Shown one piece after another: positions 35,859 to 43,791 of a stretch of 64,000 nucleotides of DNA. This DNA is from Patescibacteria group bacterium. GTDB taxonomy: Bacteria > Patescibacteriota > Patescibacteriia > PEXW01. Every line of letters begins with the position of its first letter. The stretch's first letter is position 1. Below the pieces are notes generated by a model. That model was not told where the DNA came from. It did no database searches and worked only from the letters and a program-made list of their open reading frames with translations. The stretch covers positions 457,206-521,205 of the forward strand of contig JBAYJA010000001.1 of assembly GCA_041665345.1 (NCBI GenBank), read 5' to 3'. Both the position numbers and the translations under genes were made by a program.

Positions 35859-36079
35859 ACATAGTTTCCGAAAAATGTGGCTGGTCCAGCAGGTGGGAGC
35901 TGGCGGATGATAGCCCGGAGCGAAGGAACGCTCGGCTTCGTGAAAACGGGGTAACAGGGATCGAAACCCTTCCAGCCTACAAATATTGCACGTCGTGACC
36001 CCAAGCAAGCATGTAAGGCACGACACTTTCCCAGTCTTGCTTGCTAGCAGACTGAAGCGCAGATGGTTCTGCGACGTTT

Positions 36080-36148
36080 GGGCGAGATGTACCATTCCTC
36101 GCCCCTTTCCTTAAATTATCGTGAACTCCACGATGTCTTAAGGAAGGG
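36080..36148 (+). repeat. tandem-hairpin element, family 4
   Basis: hp1 gggcgag-N11-ctcgccc; hp2 ctttccttaa-N22-ttaaggaaggg; then aaaata...aaggag ATG at 36173. Confidence 0.65.
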
Positions 36149-36172
36149 AAAATATACCTGAAGGAGTTTAGC

Positions 36173-36409
36173 ATGATTTTCTTAAAGTTTGTTCTCGTAT
36201 TGTACTTTTTATTTATTGGCCTCATACTCATTTTCCGCATTGGGAAAGTGGTCTCGCAACTTTTGCATCTCGTGAATACACTTGGATGGAGGCTGCGAAA
36301 CAAATGCTGGCTGATGAGGTCAAAGTACAGAATGTATCGCATCAAACGGTACCTTGAAAAGCATATTCGAGAGTGTGAAATTCAGATTGCTCAGCTAGAG
36401 CAACGTTAA
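36173..36409 (+). CDS. small membrane protein (78 aa)
   Basis: aaggag RBS; N-terminal TM. Confidence 0.35.
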   Translation: MIFLKFVLVLYFLFIGLILIFRIGKVVSQLLHLVNTLGWRLRNKCWLMRSKYRMYRIKRYLEKHIRECEIQIAQLEQR

Positions 36410-36437
36410 CCGCACATTTTGGTATGTACAGTATTTA

Positions 36438-36503
36438 GGGCGAATTACAAGATTCGCCCCTTTCCTCAACTTGTTCTGTGCGAACAGAACGGGTGGAGGA
36501 AAG
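36438..36503 (+). repeat. tandem-hairpin element, family 5 (variant of family 4)
   Basis: hp1 gggcgaa-N8-ttcgccc; hp2 cctttcctcaac...gggtggaggaaag with inner stem gttctg/cagaac. Confidence 0.65.
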
Positions 36504-36525
36504 AAACACAGAAAGGAGAACAAAG

Positions 36526-36873
36526 ATGTATTTTGAAAGAACATTCGTACTTATGGGCGCCGTCTTGATGGCCGGGTTAGCCGTTGTTATCCTTGCGACA
36601 GCGCCTGTACAGGTAATTTTCTTGAGTACCGGCACCCCGCAGGTCATTAACGGCTACAACGCCGATTCAACCCGCGGGTTGTTCTTGGAGGTGCCCGCAA
36701 CCTTTTCTCTTACAGATTCAGCAAAAGTCTGGGTGAAGGTCGAAGCGGTGGTTCGGGAATGGGAAGAATCACACCCTGAATACCGAACTGATGGAACGGC
36801 CCCGCAGATGCGGTTTCAGACCGGACAGCGTGACACGGTGGATAGGTTGTTCTACCACCTAATTCGAAAGTAA
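36526..36873 (+). CDS. small secreted protein, member of the L[EK][VL]PVxxxLxDS paralog family
   Basis: Signal peptide; motif LEVPATFSLTDS; start moved to 36526 (aaggag RBS). Confidence 0.45.
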   Translation: MYFERTFVLMGAVLMAGLAVVILATAPVQVIFLSTGTPQVINGYNADSTRGLFLEVPATFSLTDSAKVWVKVEAVVREWEESHPEYRTDGTAPQMRFQTGQRDTVDRLFYHLIRK

Positions 36874-36883
36874 GTAATTTCAT

Positions 36884-36948
36884 GGGCGAGTCTAGTGATT
36901 CGCCCTCCCATCTCTGCAGTCAATACAGAATGACCGTAGAGATGGGAG
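36884..36948 (+). repeat. tandem-hairpin element, family 1 (1d)
   Basis: hp1 gggcga-N10-tcgccc; hp2 tcccatctctgcagtca-atacagaa-tgaccgtagagatggga. Confidence 0.7.
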
Positions 36949-36968
36949 AAGGAAAACAAGGAGAAAAA

Positions 36969-37319
36969 ATGTTAAGTAAAACAAATGATCGATTAACGAC
37001 CATTCTTGTGTACCTACTGGTCGGGATTTGTGCGATCACTGTTCCGGAGTATTTCAAATCGGACGTGCGAATTGTTGCGTTTGGTGGTCCCACAACGTAT
37101 GGGCATGATCATACGTCGAATGAGATGGTCCTTGAGGTTCCGGTTGATCTTCGCCAGTGCAGTGAAAAATCAGCGATTCCTACGATTTGCAATCTCATTC
37201 GTGAACGGGAATCACAAGAGGTTCGAGGTAATCTCATCCTCGGCGATTTTGTTGGATTACAACCGTACGGTTCGTTTGAGGGGTTAGCAAAAGCAGTCTT
37301 CAAGCTCGTACAACGATAA
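36969..37319 (+). CDS. small secreted/membrane-anchored protein, paralog family
   Basis: N-terminal TM anchor; motif LEVPVDLRQCSE; aaggag RBS. Confidence 0.45.
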   Translation: MLSKTNDRLTTILVYLLVGICAITVPEYFKSDVRIVAFGGPTTYGHDHTSNEMVLEVPVDLRQCSEKSAIPTICNLIRERESQEVRGNLILGDFVGLQPYGSFEGLAKAVFKLVQR

Positions 37320-37346
37320 CTGCACTCTGACTCAGAGTACATTTTC

Positions 37347-37410
37347 GGGCAAACCTATGTGTTTGCCCTCCCATCCTTGCGGTCAATACAGAATGACCGC
37401 GGAGATGGGA
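37347..37410 (+). repeat. tandem-hairpin element, family 1 (1e)
   Basis: hp1 gggcaaac-N6-gtttgccc; hp2 tcccatccttgcggtca-atacagaa-tgaccgcggagatggga. Confidence 0.7.
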
Positions 37411-37435
37411 AAGAAGTTAAAAAATGGAGTAAGAA

Positions 37436-37612
37436 ATGAAAAAATTTGTCTCAATTTTTACCATCGCGGGGACAGGCGTCCTCTCCTTCCTTTTCATGAG
37501 TTGGGTTTTGAAAGAAGTGAAACCCGATGTGTCAATTGGTTGGGTTGTCATGATCAGTGTGCTGACCATACTCGGCGGGTGGTTAGTAGAAAAAAAATGC
37601 CGCAGAATATAG
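37436..37612 (+). CDS. small membrane protein (58 aa, 2 TM); below the ORF-track size cutoff
   Basis: ATG 25 nt after the hairpin element with ggag RBS; hydrophobic helices; next element begins 12 nt after its stop. Confidence 0.3.
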   Translation: MKKFVSIFTIAGTGVLSFLFMSWVLKEVKPDVSIGWVVMISVLTILGGWLVEKKCRRI

Positions 37613-37623
37613 CACATATGAAC

Positions 37624-37692
37624 GGCGAGAGACTCTCCTAGTCCTCGCCCTCCCATCCCCGCGGTCAATGCAGAATGACCGTGGAGATGGGA
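37624..37692 (+). repeat. tandem-hairpin element, family 1 (1f)
   Basis: hp1 ggcgag-N14-ctcgcc; hp2 tcccatccccgcggtca-atgcagaa-tgaccgtggagatggga. Confidence 0.7.
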
Positions 37693-37725
37693 AAACGAAA
37701 AAACTAATAAGGAGTTAGGAGTATC

Positions 37726-38094
37726 ATGACGAATCAGAATGAATTCAAAACGCCCATCCAATTAGTTCTCGGGGTTGGCGACAAGAAGCACCAAGGACTT
37801 CTCTTGGTGTTTGAAGATTTTCTCAAAGGTCCTGAGATAAGCATGGAGCAAATCACAGCTCCCGCCATCACGGGATCGATACCAGAACTGTCGGTCCAGC
37901 ACATCACCGTATGGTTTGATGGAAAGGATGTCGACAAGTTGCACTTCACGAATCAGGAAAGCTGCATCGTGTGGAACCATTCCTACCTGGACGGAAAGCC
38001 GCAAAGCTTCTTTTTGGAAGCTACGCCGGGTAAAATTCTCCGTGCGGTAAAGGCCATCTTCATCAAGCGGATGGTATCCTGGATGCAGGAATAA
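37726..38094 (+). CDS. hypothetical soluble protein (122 aa)
   Basis: aaggag RBS. Confidence 0.4.
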   Translation: MTNQNEFKTPIQLVLGVGDKKHQGLLLVFEDFLKGPEISMEQITAPAITGSIPELSVQHITVWFDGKDVDKLHFTNQESCIVWNHSYLDGKPQSFFLEATPGKILRAVKAIFIKRMVSWMQE

Positions 38095-38113
38095 TAGCTT
38101 TGTCCTTTGGCTG

Positions 38114-38173
38114 GGCGAACTCTGTTCGCCCTCCCATCCCTGTGGTCAATGCAGAATGACCGTGGAGATGGGA
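38114..38173 (+). repeat. tandem-hairpin element, family 1 (1g)
   Basis: hp1 gggcgaa-ctctg-ttcgccc; hp2 tcccatccctgtggtca-atgcagaa-tgaccgtggagatggga. Confidence 0.7.
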
Positions 38174-38199
38174 AAACGAAAAACTAAGGAGCTTGAATA

Positions 38200-38424
38200 A
38201 TGAAAAAGTATTTTTTAAGCAAGTGCACAATTGTCTTGATGGTCATGCTCATGTTCATTTGTAACCTGTCGGGTTACTCCGAATGGGCAATGAGCTTACC
38301 GTCTTGGAAAAAAGAATTAATGGGGCACTTTGTCCCAAGTTGCTGCCTGTTGTTAATCATTATCATTATTGACCAGGCAACAATTCGGTGGCGCACCTCA
38401 GAAAAGGTGATAGCCAACAAATAG
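38200..38424 (+). CDS. small membrane protein (2 TM)
   Basis: aaggag RBS. Confidence 0.35.
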   Translation: MKKYFLSKCTIVLMVMLMFICNLSGYSEWAMSLPSWKKELMGHFVPSCCLLLIIIIIDQATIRWRTSEKVIANK

Positions 38425-38475
38425 AAGCTGTTGCAAAAAGCGATGTCATAAACATAAGTACATGGAGGTAAAAAA

Positions 38476-38859
38476 ATGAAAAGTAGCACAATTTTCTGGA
38501 TCTTCATCGCTTGCATTCTTGCTTTTGCCGCAATCCCACGCTTTGTGGCAGTTGCAGAGCTTAAACAAGCTACTAAGAGGGTGCAAGTTTTTGCCGAGGC
38601 GATCACAACGTACGCCGGTGTTGACGCTGACGGTGATAGCGTTGAGCTGCTAAAGCTCCCGGTTCATTATGAGCTGAGGGATTCGGTAGCGGCAGCCACG
38701 AAGGTCCAAACTGCGCTTGCAGTTTGGGCTACCGGTAATCCTTGGCTATCCTTCGCAAATGAGGTCTACGAGTATCGGGACAAGTACTTTGACAATGATT
38801 CAACAATCATCTCGGCTGAGTACTACGTCATCGAACCGACGCCCGTCGGTTACAAGTAA
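38476..38859 (+). CDS. small secreted protein, paralog family (LKLPVHYELRDS)
   Basis: Signal peptide; clear paralog of 39214..39594. Confidence 0.5.
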   Translation: MKSSTIFWIFIACILAFAAIPRFVAVAELKQATKRVQVFAEAITTYAGVDADGDSVELLKLPVHYELRDSVAAATKVQTALAVWATGNPWLSFANEVYEYRDKYFDNDSTIISAEYYVIEPTPVGYK

Positions 38860-38874
38860 ACTTTCTTTGGAATC

Positions 38875-38940
38875 GAGGTCTGCGTCAAAACCAGACCTCC
38901 CCCTCCTTAAGCTGGGACAAAAGTGTCGGCATGAGGAGGG
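38875..38940 (+). repeat. tandem-hairpin element, family 3 (3a)
   Basis: hp1 gaggtctg-N9-cagacctc; hp2 ccctccttaagc...gcatgaggaggg; then A-rich. Confidence 0.7.
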
Positions 38941-38967
38941 AAAAAATATCAAGAAAAGGATAAATAC

Positions 38968-39099
38968 ATGAAACGAGTTTGCAACTTCTTATTCAGTCTG
39001 GTCTTATGGATTATATCCATTGACCATTGTGACAATTATGCGGGTTGTACTGTATGCCATGCGTATAAAGCGTATGCCAAGCAGCTTCGAACAAAGTAG
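38968..39099 (+). CDS. possible 43-aa Cys-rich membrane peptide; below the ORF-track cutoff
   Basis: MKRVCNFLFSLVLWIISIDHCDNYAGCTVCHAYKAYAKQLRTK; flanked by family 3 elements 28 nt upstream and 20 nt downstream. Confidence 0.25.
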   Translation: MKRVCNFLFSLVLWIISIDHCDNYAGCTVCHAYKAYAKQLRTK

Positions 39100-39118
39100 A
39101 TTGAACATTAAGAATACT

Positions 39119-39186
39119 GAGGTCTGCCTAACAACCAGACCTCCCTCTCCTTGAGCCCTGATGAAAATCAAGGTTGAAGGAGAAGA
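39119..39186 (+). repeat. tandem-hairpin element, family 3 (3b)
   Basis: hp1 gaggtctg-N9-cagacctc; hp2 cctctccttgagcc...ggttgaaggagaag. Confidence 0.7.
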
Positions 39187-39213
39187 GTAAAACATTAGTA
39201 CGGAGGTATAAAG

Positions 39214-39594
39214 ATGAAAAAGAAAACATTCGCAATTATTTTTTGGGTGGTCGCTGCTTGCGTCCTCACCTGCGCTGCATATTTGGATTTTACGGATTAT
39301 GCAGAACGCGAGGATGCCGAAAAGCGAGTACAGGTTTTCCCCGACTCGATTATCTTCGTCGGGAGTAGCAGCACTACTGGGGAAGATTCATTGTTTCTAA
39401 AACTACCTGTACGCTACAATCTTGCAGATTCGTCCGGAGCATTTTTGAAGTGCTCTCACGTGCTTGCATGCTGGCTTGCTGATCATCGTTTCAAAGCACG
39501 GGTCGCAATGCGGTACAGCGAATGCGATACATACCGTGCCGACGACTCCAATACCATCGTGGTCGCGGAGTACTACTTGGTGGAAAAGAAGTAA
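39214..39594 (+). CDS. small secreted protein, paralog family (LKLPVRYNLADS)
   Basis: Signal peptide; paralog of 38476..38859; ggagg RBS. Confidence 0.5.
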   Translation: MKKKTFAIIFWVVAACVLTCAAYLDFTDYAEREDAEKRVQVFPDSIIFVGSSSTTGEDSLFLKLPVRYNLADSSGAFLKCSHVLACWLADHRFKARVAMRYSECDTYRADDSNTIVVAEYYLVEKK

Positions 39595-39609
39595 AGCTCT
39601 TTGGGAATC

Positions 39610-39672
39610 GAGGTCTGCATCTGTGGACCTCCCTCTCCTCAAGCTGGTAAAAATTATAGGTTTGAGGAGGGG
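39610..39672 (+). repeat. tandem-hairpin element, family 3 (3c, no gene downstream)
   Basis: hp1 gaggtc-N10-gacctc; hp2 cctctcctcaagc...gtttgaggagggg. Confidence 0.7.
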
Positions 39673-39946
39673 AAAAACTTCGGAGACTCTTCGCTGCACT
39701 CAGAGTGACAGGGAAGAGCCAGGGGACTATAGTAGGGCTGGGTCTTTCCTTGGCACGCTGCGTACCTTCGTACGATCTCAGGTTACACGAGCATAAGCTG
39801 GAACTCTCTCCCAGCAGATGAACGGATGACCCGGGTATCACTCGCACGGTACCGGCGTGTCAAGCAAGGATCCAAAGGAAAGAAAGAGTTGTTGAATAGG
39901 GTGGCGAGTTTGCGTGCTGGCGAGCTGGCGCGTTGGTTTTTTTACA

Positions 39947-39973
39947 CCCAGAGCGGCTTTTCTAAGCCGCGGT
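39947..39973 (+). repeat. conserved hairpin element, copy 3 of 3
   Basis: tttttttacacccagagcggcttttctaagccgcggtg, just inside the right island boundary. Confidence 0.6.
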
Positions 39974-39987
39974 GTTAGTTTCCCGGC

Positions 39988-40010
39988 GTAACCCTTACCG
40001 GTTGAAAGCC
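39988..40010 (+). repeat. right 22/23-bp direct repeat flanking the island (att-like)
   Basis: gtaacccttaccggttgaaagcc; 21/22 identity with the copy at 30308. Confidence 0.6.
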
Positions 40011-40036
40011 AGTACGAACGGGGAGCTTGAAAAAAG

Positions 40037-41689
40037 TTGAGAAAATCAGTACAGTACAGGCACTCTATGTGGCAGAAACTCTGGACCAAGCTCTCCACGA
40101 CCATTCTGGGTGGGGCAATCGTCATTGGCTTTACCGGCATTATCAGCCGGGTTTTGGGTTTGGTGCGGGATCGGCTCCTGGCTTCTGAGTTTGGTGGTGG
40201 TGGCGCGTTGGATACGTACTTTGCCGCTTTCAAACTGCCTGACTTCATCTTCAACATCCTGGTGCTTGGCGCACTTTCCTCCTCTTTCATCCCGGTTTTC
40301 GTTGGGTACCTAAAACGAGCCGAGTCAGACCCGCAAGGCAAGGACGATGCCTGGCAAGTGGCGAATTCTATTCTCAACCTCCTGTTGATCGTTTTGGTGG
40401 GTTTGGGCATTCTCTTTGCCATTTTTGCGAATCATCTGGTACCGCTCATCGCTCCTGGGTTTACTGGTGAGAAGTTGGAAGAAACTGTCCACCTCACGCG
40501 CATCATGCTCCTGGCCATTGTCTTCTTTGGCGCTAGCAATATCGTTTCGGCGATTCTCAATTCTTTCAAACGGTTTTTTGCCTTTGCCTTGGCACCCGTG
40601 CTGTACAACCTGGGCATTATCGCAGGTATTCTGTTCTTTGTGCCAAAGTGGGGGATTGCTGGTCTGGCGTATGGCGTGGTGTTGGGTGCAGTTGCGCATT
40701 TGGCCATCCAAATTCCTGGCGTTATGAAGCTTGGCTTTCGGTACCGCCGCATTTTATCGTGGAAGCATCCGGGGGTGCAGCGCGTCGGGAAGCTCATGCT
40801 GCCTCGGACGTTTGGTCTAGCCGTGAACCAGATTGACCAGCTGGTCAGCACAATTATTGCCACCAGCTTGGCAGCCGGGAGTTTGACGCAATTCAACTTT
40901 GCGAACAATTTGCAAAATTTTCCCATCAACGTGTTCGGCGTGTCTTTAGCCATTGCCGTCTTTCCTGCTTTCTCCGAAGCGTTTGCCGCCAAAGACATGG
41001 GTGCATTTGTTCGGCATTTTTCGCTCACCGTTCGGCGTTTGCTGGTGGTGATGATTCCGGCGTCAGTGCTGCTGCTTATCCTGCGCGCGCAGATTGTCCG
41101 GGTCGTCGTTGGTGCCGAAGCGTTTGACTGGGACGCAACCTACCTCACTGCGCAAGTCCTGGGAGCATTTACCCTGTCGCTATTTGCGCAGGCACTCATT
41201 CCCATTCTGGCGCGTTCATTCTACGCTTTGCACGACACAGCCACCCCAGTGAAAGTTGGGATCCTGGCAGTTGCAGTGGATATTGCTGCCGCGCTGATTC
41301 TCTCCAAGCACTACGGGATTGTGGGCGTGGCCATCGCCTTCTCCCTATCAAGTTTAGTGAACATGCTACTGCTGTACATTATCCTTCGGGTACGGTTGGG
41401 GAGTTTGGACGGCGCACGGATATTCCGTTCTACCAGCCGCATTGTCATTGCCTCGCTCCTGGCGGGTATAGCCTGCTGGTCTAGCTTGCGCTTCGCAGCA
41501 CTCGGTGTTGATATGAGCCGCTTGGTGGGGATTTTCCTCCAAGGTTTGGTTGCAGGAAGTATTGGGATGGTGGTCTACCTCATTGCAGCTTCAGTACTCC
41601 GCGTTGAAGAAGTAGAAGTCTTCCGCGCGTGGTGGTATCGGGTGAAAAAATTCATTACGAATGGAAATGGAACCAAGGCGCAGGTATGA
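40037..41689 (+). CDS. murJ: lipid II flippase MurJ (MviN)
   Basis: Multi-TM 550-aa protein with MurJ N-terminal signature (ISRVLGLVRDRLLASEFG...DTYFAAFKLPDF). Confidence 0.85.
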   Translation: MRKSVQYRHSMWQKLWTKLSTTILGGAIVIGFTGIISRVLGLVRDRLLASEFGGGGALDTYFAAFKLPDFIFNILVLGALSSSFIPVFVGYLKRAESDPQGKDDAWQVANSILNLLLIVLVGLGILFAIFANHLVPLIAPGFTGEKLEETVHLTRIMLLAIVFFGASNIVSAILNSFKRFFAFALAPVLYNLGIIAGILFFVPKWGIAGLAYGVVLGAVAHLAIQIPGVMKLGFRYRRILSWKHPGVQRVGKLMLPRTFGLAVNQIDQLVSTIIATSLAAGSLTQFNFANNLQNFPINVFGVSLAIAVFPAFSEAFAAKDMGAFVRHFSLTVRRLLVVMIPASVLLLILRAQIVRVVVGAEAFDWDATYLTAQVLGAFTLSLFAQALIPILARSFYALHDTATPVKVGILAVAVDIAAALILSKHYGIVGVAIAFSLSSLVNMLLLYIILRVRLGSLDGARIFRSTSRIVIASLLAGIACWSSLRFAALGVDMSRLVGIFLQGLVAGSIGMVVYLIAASVLRVEEVEVFRAWWYRVKKFITNGNGTKAQV

Positions 41690-41822
41690 GTACCCTGTAC
41701 CACTCACTTCGTTCGGGTACAGGGCGGGTCATTGCCCACATTGACCACCCGCGCACCAATCGTTCCGCTCGAGCGGAACTCAGGTGCGGGGCGAGATGTG
41801 CAGTCCTGATGAGGGTAATTGT

Positions 41823-43667
41823 ATGAGTAATAACATTCGTAACTTCTGTATTATTGCCCATATCGACCACGGGAAGTCCACACTTGCGGATCGGCTTTTG
41901 GAAATTACCGGCACGGTGAACAAGCGGGAGATGCGCAGCCAGCTTTTGGATCAAATGGATATTGAGCGGGAGCGTGGGATTACTATTAAGCTTGCGCCGG
42001 TCCGCATGAAGTACACGGTGGACGGGGTGGAGTATGAAATGAACTTGATTGATACCCCGGGGCATGTGGACTTTACCTACGAAGTGTCTCGCTCACTGGC
42101 TGCTGTAGAGGGTGCGGTGCTGCTGGTGGATGCCACCCAGGGTGTGGAAGCGCAGACCCTGGCCAACCTGTACTTGGCAATGGAGCAAGACCTGACCATC
42201 ATCCCAGTCATCAACAAAATTGATTTACCCAACGCTCGAGTCGAAGATTCTGAGCGCGAGTTGGTCAAGTTGCTGGGCTGCAAGCCTGAAGAAATTTTTC
42301 GGGTTTCTGGGAAAACCGGTGTGGGCGTGCCAGAACTACTGCAGGCAATTGTTGCACAAGTACCGCCACCCCGTGGCAACCCCGACGCGCCAGTACGCGC
42401 ACTGGTCTTTGATTCGACGTTTGACGACTACCGCGGCGTCATTACTTACCTCCGGGTTGTCGATGGAAAATTTGCAAAAGGTGACAAAGTCCAGTTCATT
42501 GCCACCCGCGCGACCGGGGAAATTCAAGAGCTGGGTTCGTTCCGGCCAAAGTTGCATCCTGCCACTGCGCTGGTTGCCGGTGAAATTGGGTACGTGGTCA
42601 CGGGTGTGAAGAGTGTGGCTGACGCGCGGGTGGGTGATACGCTCACCTTCACGAACCACGGAGCAGACTTGGCCCTGCCTGGGTACCGTGAAGTACGGCC
42701 CATGGTCTACGCCAGCGTGTACACCAAAGCAGGGGATGACTATCCGCTACTGCGAGAAGCCCTGGGCAAACTCCAGCTCAATGATTCTGCCTTGTTCTAC
42801 GAACCCGAGCACTCCCAAGCCTTGGGTCATGGTTTCCGCTGTGGGTTCTTGGGTTTGCTGCACTTAGACATTGTCCAAGAGCGCCTGAAGCGGGAGTACG
42901 CAATGGAGTTAATTGTCACTGTCCCCTCCGTAGCGTACAAAGTATTTTTGAATGACGCAGGCGTCCGCAACCGGCAGCGGTTGATCAAAGACCAGGACAG
43001 CAGTAAACCCACCAGCGTTCTTACCATCACCAGCCCACTTGATTTACCAGACGTGGCGCACATTGACCATATTGAAGAGCCGTGGGTGCGGCTGGACGTG
43101 GTTTGTCCGGCCACGGTCATTGGTCAGGTGCTAAAATTGATTGTGGAAAAACGAGGCCGGCATGACCGCACAGAGTACTTGGACGAGCAGCGCGTGGTTA
43201 TGCATGGACACCTGCCATTAGCTGGTATTTTGGTGGATTTCTATGATACCTTGAAGAGTGTCTCCAGTGGGTACGCCTCGTTGAACTACGATATTTCCGG
43301 GAGTGAACTGGCAGAGGTGGAGCGACTAGACATACTGGTGGCAACGGAGCGCGTGGATGCACTTTCCACGATGGTCTACACCGACGAAGCCTTCAGTGCG
43401 GGCCGCAAAATTGTGGATCGCTTGAAAAGCATCCTTCCCAAGCAAATGTTTGAAGTGAAAATCCAAGCCGCTTTGGGTGCCAAGATTATTGCGTCTGCAT
43501 CTCTCTCCGCCATGCGCAAAGATGTGACCGCGAAGTTGTACGGTGGGGATGTGACGCGTAAACGGAAGCTCTTGGAAAAGCAAAAGAAAGGCAAACGCCG
43601 AATGCGTGCCATGGGGAAAGTGGATATACCGCAAGATGCCTTCTTCGCTATCCTCCGGCGGGAGTAG
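41823..43667 (+). CDS. lepA: elongation factor 4 (LepA)
   Basis: IIAHIDHGKSTLADRLLE G1 motif, DTPGHVDF, C-terminal LepA domain; start moved to the internal MSNNIRNF. Confidence 0.9.
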   Translation: MSNNIRNFCIIAHIDHGKSTLADRLLEITGTVNKREMRSQLLDQMDIERERGITIKLAPVRMKYTVDGVEYEMNLIDTPGHVDFTYEVSRSLAAVEGAVLLVDATQGVEAQTLANLYLAMEQDLTIIPVINKIDLPNARVEDSERELVKLLGCKPEEIFRVSGKTGVGVPELLQAIVAQVPPPRGNPDAPVRALVFDSTFDDYRGVITYLRVVDGKFAKGDKVQFIATRATGEIQELGSFRPKLHPATALVAGEIGYVVTGVKSVADARVGDTLTFTNHGADLALPGYREVRPMVYASVYTKAGDDYPLLREALGKLQLNDSALFYEPEHSQALGHGFRCGFLGLLHLDIVQERLKREYAMELIVTVPSVAYKVFLNDAGVRNRQRLIKDQDSSKPTSVLTITSPLDLPDVAHIDHIEEPWVRLDVVCPATVIGQVLKLIVEKRGRHDRTEYLDEQRVVMHGHLPLAGILVDFYDTLKSVSSGYASLNYDISGSELAEVERLDILVATERVDALSTMVYTDEAFSAGRKIVDRLKSILPKQMFEVKIQAALGAKIIASASLSAMRKDVTAKLYGGDVTRKRKLLEKQKKGKRRMRAMGKVDIPQDAFFAILRRE

Positions 43668-43791
43668 GAACCTACTGCACGCCGAAGAGTGGGAGGAGCG
43701 TGAAGAAGACCATGCTGAGTGTTCCCAGAATGGCAATGACGGTCCAGAGAATTCGAATGCTTCGCTTTCGTTTCATACCTACTGTCGTACC

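Noticed and set aside
35875-35975. tRNA-like fragment (gggatcgaaaccc T-arm-like hairpin, ggctggt...tccagcc acceptor-like pairing)
   Set aside because: The T-loop sequence (ATCGAAA) is non-canonical and the spacing is about 100 nt. No D-arm or anticodon arm could be folded. At best it is a degraded relic.
35711-35998. Listed ORFs 35711..35998 (+) and 35769..36095 (-), and other ORFs running through island repeats (32033, 33164, 36478, 36882, 37357, 38717, 39464; minus-strand 33924, 35016, 37109, 37417, 38274, 39403, 39491, 39838)
   Set aside because: They span the conserved hairpin repeats or RNA-like regions, lack an RBS, and overlap better-supported + strand genes. Where applicable, starts were moved to the internal Met just after the element.
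32425-39672. Integron cassette array (attC sites, CALIN) as the explanation for the island repeats
   Set aside because: The elements are two consecutive hairpins rather than a single R''-L''/L'-R' bulged hairpin. No RYYYAAC/GTTRRRY core sites are present. There is no intI or attI nearby. The resemblance (same-strand small ORFs separated by imperfect palindromes) is kept only as an analogy.
32425-39672. CRISPR array
   Set aside because: Repeats fall into several unrelated families. Spacing ranges from 280 bp to more than 700 bp, and protein-coding ORFs with RBSs lie between them. There are no cas genes.
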